Positions 23,112-30,018 of a stretch of DNA of 42,254 bases are shown here, one piece after another; position 1 is the first letter of the stretch, and each line of letters starts with the position of its first letter. The notes beneath the pieces were generated by a model. It did no database searches, had not been told where the DNA came from, and saw only the letters and a list, made by a program, of their open reading frames with translations. The position numbers were made by a program, and so were the translations under genes. Source of the stretch: Acidimicrobiales bacterium (GTDB lineage Bacteria > Actinomycetota > Acidimicrobiia > Acidimicrobiales > VFJN01); assembly GCA_035707385.1 (NCBI GenBank), contig DASSUD010000322.1:1-42254 (forward strand), in the 5' to 3' direction.

Positions 23112-24043
23112 GCCCCGGTGCCGCTACGCCGCTCGAGCTCCGCGGCCAGCCGGGCCCACAGCTTCGACTGGCGGTTGGCCTCGTCGGCCACGGCGTAGAT
23201 CCGGCCCCGCGGCACCAGCGCGGCCCTGTCCAGCGCGTCCTCGCCGATGCGGTGGCGCTCGAACCAGTCGAGGAACGAGCGCCCGTCGTCGCTGCCGGTC
23301 AGGGCCGCGTCGGACGCCAGGTCGTCGCAGGCGGGGGGCGCCGGTGCCGTGCGCCCGACCTGCAGGCGGGGCGGCAGGGGGCCCGCGCCGCTCGCGACCC
23401 GCCGCCGCACGTCGAGAGCGGTCGCCTGGGACGTCCCCGCCTCGGCCGCCAGCCGCCGCAGGGACAGGTCCGGCCGGCCGGCGAGGAGCTCGGCCACCCG
23501 TAGACGCCCCGCGGCCGGGTCGACCGGGCGGGCCCGGCCGTCGGCGCCCACGCGCACACCCGCGACGGGGGACCGGGACCGCTGCCGCTCCTCGGCGACG
23601 GTGTGGCCGGCCAGCCCGCACACCCGGGCGACCCGCCGGTCGGACCAGTCGGGATGGGTGCCGAGGATGCGCCGCACGGCCGCCCGCCGCTCCTCCAGGG
23701 TCAGGGCCTTGCCGTGGGTGACGTTGGCCCGCACGGCCTCTACGTACGCGTCCTCGGCCGTCCCGGTGAACGCGACGCCGTCGATCGTCTCCCGCCCGAG
23801 CTGGCGGGCCGCCATGACCCGGTGCAGGCCGTCGACCACGACCCGGCCGGGCTCCAGCACCACGATGGGGGGCAGGTCGTCGAAGCAGGCGGCCAGCGCG
23901 GCGATGTGGTCGCGGTCGCGGGGTGTCAGGCGGGCCGACAGCGTGAGGCGCAGCCGGGCCACCGCGTAGGCCCGTCGCCGCCCGATCCGGGGGGCGGCGA
24001 CGCGGTCGCGGCCGCCCGAGGTCGCCGGATGGGCGGCGCTCAC
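23096..24043 (-). CDS. StrR-family pathway-specific regulator (ParB-like nuclease domain plus HTH)
   Basis: C-terminal 315 aa of track ORF 23096..25234, from GTG 24043 (GTGA overlap with the upstream ORF stop). LPPIVVLEPGRVVVDGLHRVMAARQLGRETIDGVAFTGTAEDAYVEAVRANVTHGKALTLEERRAAVRRILGTHPDWSDRRVARVCGLAGHTVAEER is colinear with the StrR/Bbr-type ParB-like core. Confidence 0.8.
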   Translation of the reverse strand: MSAAHPATSGGRDRVAAPRIGRRRAYAVARLRLTLSARLTPRDRDHIAALAACFDDLPPIVVLEPGRVVVDGLHRVMAARQLGRETIDGVAFTGTAEDAYVEAVRANVTHGKALTLEERRAAVRRILGTHPDWSDRRVARVCGLAGHTVAEERQRSRSPVAGVRVGADGRARPVDPAAGRLRVAELLAGRPDLSLRRLAAEAGTSQATALDVRRRVASGAGPLPPRLQVGRTAPAPPACDDLASDAALTGSDDGRSFLDWFERHRIGEDALDRAALVPRGRIYAVADEANRQSKLWARLAAELERRSGTGAWSAT

Positions 24044-24801
24044 CGGCCGGCCCCGGACGCGGACGCCGCCGGCAGTCCGCCCGCCCGCAGCAGTGCGCGA
24101 ACCAGCTCGATCCAGAGCCCGGGGTCGGGCACGACGGATGTCTCGAAGCGCCGGCGGCGCGGGTTGCCCAGCCACCGGTCGACGGCGAAGTGGGCGACCT
24201 GGGGCGAGATCCGGTCCAGGACGAGGTGGATGCGCTCGGTCCCGGGGACATGCCAGTCGAGCCGGCGGAGGAAGGCGAGGTAGTCGTTGTGGGTGCGGCA
24301 CAGCGGAGCGTGGATCGGTTGCTCGCGGGGCCCGTCGCGCAGCGCGACCGCGCGCTGCGCCGCACCCAGGTAGAGGCCGGCCATCCCCAGCGGCCGGCCG
24401 GCCTCCCGCCCGAGGGTGCGGGCGAGGGAGCGGAGCAGCGCGGTACCGGGCGCGGTCCCCGGGGACGGCGCGGCCGCGGACGGCACCAGCAGGGCGCGCA
24501 CCGCGGCCGGGGACAGGACCGTGGGCGGGCCCAGTCCCCGGCCGGCCTGGTGCACGGTGCTGGTGCCCTCCTCCACGAAGCGGGCCCGCCACGCGGCCAC
24601 CGTGCGCGGGGTGACGCCGCAGCGCTGCGCGATCTCGGTGTTGCTCGCGCCCTGGGCCGCCATCAGCAGCGCCCGGGCCCTGCGCACGGCCTGGGTGGGG
24701 GAGTGGGGCGAGCGTGCCAGCGCCTCGAGCTCGCGCATCTGGCCGGGCGACGCCTTCAGGGGTGGAGCGGTCACGGGCATTGCCAGCGCCTCCGCGTGCA
24801 T
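24040..24801 (-). mobile_element. Decayed IS630-family transposase-derived ORF (probable relic or pseudogene)
   Basis: Track ORF 24040..24966; plausible starts are ATG 24801 or 24780. The N-terminus resembles the IS630 HTH (MRELEALARSPHSPTQAVRRARALLMAAQGASNTEIAQRCGVTPRTVAAWRARFVEEG). The C-terminus keeps recognisable but degraded equivalents of the DDE_3 region (IHLVLDRISPQVAHFAVDRWLGNPRRRRFETSVVPDPGLWIELV). The central catalytic part is much shorter than in intact elements. No terminal inverted repeats were identified. Confidence 0.55.
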
Positions 24802-24865
24802 GGCGACTGCAGGACGGGGCGATCGTGGGCGCGCGGGCGCAACGGTCGCGCAACAGGCCGGCGGG

Positions 24866-24898
24866 GCGCTCGACCGAGCATCCCGCGCGGTCGAGCGC
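24866..24898. promoter_or_regulatory. Perfect palindrome GCGCTCGACCG-N11-CGGTCGAGCGC (StrR-operator-like)
   Basis: Read directly: arms at 24866-24876 and 24888-24898, with an 11-nt spacer. It lies in the divergent gap between the IS630-like/strR-like operon and the sbnA-like gene, about 50 nt upstream of the sbnA-like start. A further CGGTCGACG half-site is at 24911-24919. Confidence 0.55.
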
Positions 24899-24947
24899 GC
24901 ACGGGCGGGGCGGTCGACGGCGGCGGGACCTGTGCAGATGATCACGG

Positions 24948-26018
24948 GTGATGCCCACCGCGCCACCCGCCACCGACAATCCCACCGCCACCGCCGGGGA
25001 CTGGGCGCTCGCCTCCCGGTCGCCGCTGACGCTGCGGACCCTGGTCGAGACGCTGGGGGCCACCCCGCTGGAGCCGATCACGATCCTGGCGGGGGGCCGC
25101 CACCACCGCGTGCACCTCAAGCTGGAGGCCCACAACCCTGCGGGCTCGATCAAGGACCGCACCGCGCTGGCACTGGTCCAGGACCTCGAGCGGCGGGGGG
25201 CGCTGCGCCCCGCGGGCCACCTGATCGAGTCCACCTCCGGGAACCTGGGGGTGGCGCTGGCCCTGGTGTGCCGGGCGTACGGCTACCGGTTCACCGCGGT
25301 GGTGGACGGCAGGGCCACCGCGGAGAACGTGAGCCGCATGGCCGCGTTGGGCGCCATCATCGAGGTGGTGGACGACACGGGGCCGGGCCAGAACCACCTG
25401 GCGGCCCGCCTGGACCGGGTGGCCGCGCTGTGCCGGGCCGACCCCGACCTGGTGTGGGTCAACCAGTACGGCAACCCGGCGAACCCGGAGGTCCACGAGC
25501 GCACGACGGCGCCGGAGATCCTGCGGCAGGCGGGCGGTCGCCTGGACGCGGTGTTCGTGGCCGTGTCGACCTGCGGGACGCTGGCCGGCCTCGGCCGGCA
25601 CCTGCGCCGGGCCAGCCCGTCGACCCGCATCGTGGCCGTCGACGCCGCGGGCTCCGAGATCTTCGGTGGGCCGCCGGGCCCGCGGCGCCTGGTCGGCATC
25701 GGCGCGGGCCGCCGGCCCGACTTCGCCATCGACGGGCTCTACGACGAGGTTGTGACCGTCGACGACGAGACGGCCCTCGCCGTGTGCCGGGACCTCGAGG
25801 CGGGCTGCGGGCTGCGGGTCGGCGGGTCGAGCGGCGCCGCGGTGGCCGCCTGCGCCCGCCACGTGGCCGCCGTCCCGGACGCCGGCCGGGTGGTGTGCGT
25901 CTGCCCGGACGGCGGGGACAACTACGCGTCGACGATCGGCTGCGACGACTGGATCCACGCCCAGGGCCTGGACCTCGACCGGGCGCGGGCCCGGCTCGGC
26001 GCCGTGTTCGCCCCCTGA
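24948..26018 (+). CDS. sbnA: PLP-dependent cysteine-synthase-fold enzyme, SbnA/VioB-like (2,3-diaminopropionate pathway)
   Basis: ORF 24948..26018, 356 aa (GTG 24948 or ATG 24951). Motifs: KLEAHNPAGSIKDRTA (PLP Lys), ESTSGNLGVALA, AVSTCGTLAG, GGSSGAAV. Confidence 0.8.
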   Translation: MMPTAPPATDNPTATAGDWALASRSPLTLRTLVETLGATPLEPITILAGGRHHRVHLKLEAHNPAGSIKDRTALALVQDLERRGALRPAGHLIESTSGNLGVALALVCRAYGYRFTAVVDGRATAENVSRMAALGAIIEVVDDTGPGQNHLAARLDRVAALCRADPDLVWVNQYGNPANPEVHERTTAPEILRQAGGRLDAVFVAVSTCGTLAGLGRHLRRASPSTRIVAVDAAGSEIFGGPPGPRRLVGIGAGRRPDFAIDGLYDEVVTVDDETALAVCRDLEAGCGLRVGGSSGAAVAACARHVAAVPDAGRVVCVCPDGGDNYASTIGCDDWIHAQGLDLDRARARLGAVFAP

Positions 26019-26026
26019 TCGGGCGA

Positions 26027-26048
26027 GGGAGCTAGCCGCGCAGCTCCC
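26027..26048. terminator. 7-bp perfect stem hairpin between convergent genes
   Basis: GGGAGCT-agccgcgc-AGCTCCC. It starts 9 nt after the sbnA-like stop and spans the stop codon of the minus-strand membrane-protein gene. There is no U-tract. Confidence 0.3.
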
Positions 26049-26709
26049 GCAGGACCTTCGACCAGTCACCGGAGCGGGTCGAGAACGCCAGGTCCACCGC
26101 CAGCTGCCCGATGCCGACGACCAGCAGCACGGTGCGGACCGCCGGGGCCGCGTCGACGGCGACCGCCACGCCCAGCACGGCGAAGGGGACGACCTTGCTG
26201 ACCACCGGCGCCGCCGCGTGCATGAGGGCGCGGGCCCGGGGGCTGGCCCGCAGGTAGGTGGCGTAGTCGATCTTGACCCCGGGGAAGGGGTCGTGGAGCG
26301 AGGCCACGAAGTAGCCGGTGAACGCGATGCCGACCAGCCGGCCGGCGATCCAGTGGGCGGGCGCGTGGGTCGACAGCAACAGCAGCAGGCCCCCGCCGAG
26401 GAGGGCGGCCGCCTGGCCCGAGCCGTCGAGGCCGCCGGCGGCCGCCAGGGCCGCCGCCCCGAGCACCAGGCCGGCGGCCACGAGGGCGTGGCCCGTGAGT
26501 GGGGGGACGCGCACGAGCGCCCAGGTGCTCGCCGCCCGCCGGTCGACGGCGGCGATGCGGTCGGCGTGGGGTCCGGCCACCGCCGGGTCGCGCCGGGCGG
26601 CCGCCACCGCCGGCCAGAACCCGGTGCCGGCGAGACCCTCGCCGCGGGCGACGGCCTCCTCGGCCCGCTGCAGGGCGGCGTCGATCGCCGCCTGGCTGAG
26701 CTCGGTCAT
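26032..26709 (-). CDS. Integral membrane protein of unknown function
   Basis: Track ORF 26032..26799; likely start is ATG 26709 (MTELSQAAIDAAL). A soluble N-terminal ~60 aa is followed by several hydrophobic segments (LVAAGLVLGAAALAAAGG, AALLGGGLLLLLSTHA, VVPFAVLGVAVAV, VLLVVGIGQLAV). Confidence 0.65.
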   Translation of the reverse strand: MTELSQAAIDAALQRAEEAVARGEGLAGTGFWPAVAAARRDPAVAGPHADRIAAVDRRAASTWALVRVPPLTGHALVAAGLVLGAAALAAAGGLDGSGQAAALLGGGLLLLLSTHAPAHWIAGRLVGIAFTGYFVASLHDPFPGVKIDYATYLRASPRARALMHAAAPVVSKVVPFAVLGVAVAVDAAPAVRTVLLVVGIGQLAVDLAFSTRSGDWSKVLRELRG

Positions 26710-26891
26710 GCGGTCCCCTTCGCGTCCGTGTCTCCGGAGGGCACCGTAACGGCGCCCCGGTCGAGCGGTCACCGGGCCGCCGGCGGTTTCGCCTGCCACC
26801 CGGGGATGAGGGCACCTTCGTCCGGGGGAGGGCCCGGGACGCGACCGGCGACCGATATACAGGGCTGACGAGTCCGGGGTTCAATCGCCTC

Positions 26892-27707
26892 ATGGACGCG
26901 AAGCTCGAAGAGGCCACGGCCGCGCCGGAGCCCGGGGGGCGCTCCGGTGGCGGCGCCGCCGCCGTGCCGGCGCTGGCCTGCCGTGACCTCGTGTACGCGT
27001 TCGGCGACCGCACGGCCGTTGACCACCTGTCGTTCGAGGTGCGCCCGGGCGAGGCGTACGGGCTGCTCGGCCCCAACGGGGCCGGCAAGACCACCACGAT
27101 CCGGCTCGTGTGCGGGATGCTCGATCCCGACGACGGCGGGGTCGAGGTGTGCGGCCGGTCGCTGCGCGGACGCGGCGGGCGGGCCGCCCGGGGCCTGCTG
27201 CGCTACGTGCCCCAGGGTCTGGCTCTGTTCCCCACGCTGACACTGGCCGAGAACCTCGACTTCTGGGCCAGGATGTACGGGATCGACCGCCGCACCCGGG
27301 CCGGCGCGGTCCGCCGCGCCCTGGAGCTGGTCGAGCTGACCGGCCGGGCCGACGACCGGGCGGAGCGCACCTCGGGCGGCATGCAGCGGCGGCTCAACCT
27401 GGCGGTGGCGCTCCTCGACGAGGGAGCCGCACTGCTCGTCCTCGACGAGCCCACGGTGGGGGTCGACGCCCAGAGCCGGGCCGCGCTGATCGAGACCATC
27501 GGCGGCCTGCGGGACAAGGGGATGGCCGTGCTCTACACCAGCCACTACTTCGACGAGGTGGAGCGGCTGTGCGACCGCGTGGGGATCATCGACCACGGGC
27601 GCCTCGTGCTGGAAGGGTCGCCGGCCGAGGTGGTGGCCGGGGGCGACGGCACCGCCGACCTGCAGGACCTGTTCCTGGCGGTGACCGGCCGGGACCTACG
27701 TGAGTGA
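26892..27707 (+). CDS. ABC transporter ATP-binding protein (DrrA/ABC-2 type)
   Basis: ORF 26892..27707, 271 aa. Walker A GPNGAGKTT, signature SGGMQRRL, Walker B LLVLDEPTVGVD, H-loop TSHY. Confidence 0.9.
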   Translation: MDAKLEEATAAPEPGGRSGGGAAAVPALACRDLVYAFGDRTAVDHLSFEVRPGEAYGLLGPNGAGKTTTIRLVCGMLDPDDGGVEVCGRSLRGRGGRAARGLLRYVPQGLALFPTLTLAENLDFWARMYGIDRRTRAGAVRRALELVELTGRADDRAERTSGGMQRRLNLAVALLDEGAALLVLDEPTVGVDAQSRAALIETIGGLRDKGMAVLYTSHYFDEVERLCDRVGIIDHGRLVLEGSPAEVVAGGDGTADLQDLFLAVTGRDLRE

Positions 27708-28836
27708 CATGTCCCGCTGGGCCGGACCGCTGCTCGCCACGCTCCGTCTCGACCTGCGCCGCTGGCGCCGGCAGCGGCTGGCGGCCCTGACCGCGCTGGT
27801 GGCGCCGGCGGCGGTGGCGGTGATCGTGACCGGCGCCCTCGGGGGCGAGCCGCGGGTCGACACCACCTGGGCGGTCGTCGACGAGGACGGCGGCCCGGCC
27901 GCGTCGGCCTTCTTCGACCGGGCGCTCACCCATCCGGCGGTCGCCGAGGTCGCGACCGCCCGCCGGCTCGACCGGGACGCCGCCGTCCGGGCGCTGGACG
28001 GCAACGAGGTGTCGGCCGCCATCGTGCTGCCGTCCGGCCTGTCGGAGGCCCTGGCCGCGGGAGACGCGCCCGCCATCGAGGTGATGGCGCCGCGCACCGA
28101 CTCCGTCGGCACCGACGTCGCGCGGCTCGTGGTCGACCAGTTCCGGGTGCGGGCCTGGGCCGAGTCGACCGCGGTCGGGGCCGGTGCCGAGCCGCCGGAC
28201 GACGAGACCTGGCCGCTGACCGTGGCGGTGCGCTCGGCCACGGGGCGCGACCTCGACGCGGCGGCCCACTACGGCCCTGCCATCGGCATGTTCTTCGTGC
28301 TGCTCGCCCTCGGCTTCGCCATCCACAACCACGTGGCCGACCGGGAGAGCGACGTCCTCGACCGCCTGACGACCGCGGGTGTGCCGGCCTGGACCGTGGT
28401 CGCCGGCCGGGTGCTCGCCGCGGTCACCGTCGGCGGGCTGTCGCTGGCGGTGACGGCGGCGACGATGGGCGTGGTGTTCGGCCGGTCGTGGGGGCCGCCG
28501 ATCCCGGTCGTGGCGCTCGTGCTGGCGGTGCTGGTCTGCTACGCCGGGATGGCGGCGGTCCTGGCGGCCGTGCTGCGCACCTCGGCCCAGGCGCAGGTCG
28601 CCACCGCCGCGGTCGGGTTCGTGCTGGCGCTGGGCAGCGGCTCGCTGGGACCCCCCGGCACGGAGCGGCCGCCGGTGGCCGTGCTCGTGCCGACGACGTA
28701 CGCCCTCGACGCCTTCGCCGAGCTGGGGGTCGCGGGGGCCGGGATCGGCGCGGTGGCCGGCTACGTCGTGCTGCTGGTCCTGGTGGGCCTGGGGCTGCTC
28801 GCCGTGTCGGCGCCCCTGGCGAGGACCATGCGATGA
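27700..28836 (+). CDS. ABC-2 type transporter permease
   Basis: ORF 27700..28836, 378 aa (GTG 27700 overlaps the ATPase end; alternative ATG 27709). It has an N-terminal TM, a large extracytoplasmic loop and a C-terminal cluster of TM helices, typical of ABC-2 permeases. Confidence 0.8.
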   Translation: MSDMSRWAGPLLATLRLDLRRWRRQRLAALTALVAPAAVAVIVTGALGGEPRVDTTWAVVDEDGGPAASAFFDRALTHPAVAEVATARRLDRDAAVRALDGNEVSAAIVLPSGLSEALAAGDAPAIEVMAPRTDSVGTDVARLVVDQFRVRAWAESTAVGAGAEPPDDETWPLTVAVRSATGRDLDAAAHYGPAIGMFFVLLALGFAIHNHVADRESDVLDRLTTAGVPAWTVVAGRVLAAVTVGGLSLAVTAATMGVVFGRSWGPPIPVVALVLAVLVCYAGMAAVLAAVLRTSAQAQVATAAVGFVLALGSGSLGPPGTERPPVAVLVPTTYALDAFAELGVAGAGIGAVAGYVVLLVLVGLGLLAVSAPLARTMR

Positions 28837-29978
28837 GGCAGGTGCTGGGGATGATGTGGGTCGATCGCCGCCTCCTGCGGCGCGACCACGTCGGGCTGTT
28901 CTTCACCTTCCTCCTGCCACTCGCCGTCGCCGCCGTGCTGGCCCCGATCTACATCGCCGAGGGAGGGACCCGGGCATCGGTGGCGCTCGTCGCCGAGGGT
29001 CCGGGCCCGGTGACCGAGCTGTTCTCCGACCGGCTGGGCCGCAGCCCGGGCCTGGAGCTCCGGCGCTACGCCGATCGGGAGGCCGCCGAGCTCGCGGTCC
29101 GGCGGCGTGACGTCAGCGCAGCGGTCGTCCTGCCGGCCGGGCTCGGCGAAGGGGGCACCGCGCCGGACCGCGTGGAGCTGGTCGGTCCACCCGAGGTCGC
29201 GGCGCCGGACGGCGTGCGCGCCGCGGTGGAGTCCGCGGCGGCGGAGACGGCGGCCCTGGTGGTGGCCGCCCGGGCGCTGGAGCCCGGCGCCGCGCTGGAG
29301 GACGGGCTCGAGGTCGCGGCCGGCCGGGCCGGCGGGGCGCTCGACGGGGCCGCCGCCGCGGCGCAGCCGGCGGAGCGGCGCAACGCCAACGCGGCCAGCG
29401 CCGTGATCGGCGTGGTGGTGCTGTTCGCCTTCGTGAACACGATGGCCAAGTCGTCGCAGCTCGCCTCGTACCGGGAGCTCGGGGTGCTCGGCCGGTTGCG
29501 GGCCATGCCGGTGACGTCGACCCAGGTGGCCCTCGGGTTCGCGCTGGGGCTCGCCGGCTACGCCGCGGCGCAGGGCCTGCTGGTGGTGGCCGGTGCCACG
29601 CTGTTCCTCGGCGTGTCGTGGCCCCAGCCGCTCCTCGTCGTCGCCTTCGTCCTCGTCGTCGGGCTGGTGGCGGGGGGGCTGAGCGCGCTGGTCGGCTGTG
29701 TGCTGCCGTCCTCGTCGGCCGGTGTGACGATCGCGGGCCCGGTGGGCTTCGTGCTCGCCATGCTGGGCGGTTGCCTGTGGCCGCTCGGGCTGGTCGGCCC
29801 GGCGATGCGGGCCGTCGGGCACCTGACGCCCCACGCCTGGGCGGTGGACGGGCTCAACGCCGTCGTGTTCGGCTGGCCCACCGGCGACTGGGTGGTGCCG
29901 CTCCTGGTGCTGGCGGGCTTCGCCGTGGCCCTCGCCGCGCTGGCCGGTCGCGCCCTGCGGCTGGCCGTGACGGCCTGA
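28833..29978 (+). CDS. Second ABC-2 type transporter permease
   Basis: In frame within track ORF 28488..29978; ATG 28833 overlaps the preceding stop (ATGA). MRQVLGMMWVDRRLLRRDHVGLFFTFLLPLAVAAVL..., with the same architecture as the preceding permease. Confidence 0.8.
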   Translation: MRQVLGMMWVDRRLLRRDHVGLFFTFLLPLAVAAVLAPIYIAEGGTRASVALVAEGPGPVTELFSDRLGRSPGLELRRYADREAAELAVRRRDVSAAVVLPAGLGEGGTAPDRVELVGPPEVAAPDGVRAAVESAAAETAALVVAARALEPGAALEDGLEVAAGRAGGALDGAAAAAQPAERRNANAASAVIGVVVLFAFVNTMAKSSQLASYRELGVLGRLRAMPVTSTQVALGFALGLAGYAAAQGLLVVAGATLFLGVSWPQPLLVVAFVLVVGLVAGGLSALVGCVLPSSSAGVTIAGPVGFVLAMLGGCLWPLGLVGPAMRAVGHLTPHAWAVDGLNAVVFGWPTGDWVVPLLVLAGFAVALAALAGRALRLAVTA

Positions 29979-30018
29979 CGATGCGCCCGCCCCTGCGGCG
30001 CCGCGCGCGGGCTCCGGC

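Noticed and set aside
23096-24801. ParB-like protein plus transposase-like ORF read as a plasmid/phage partition module, mobile element or defence island
   Set aside because: The ParB-like core matches the StrR family of antibiotic pathway activators residue for residue. A StrR-operator-like palindrome lies next to it. The transposase is decayed, and no integrase, TIRs, att sites or defence-type nuclease/helicase genes are present.
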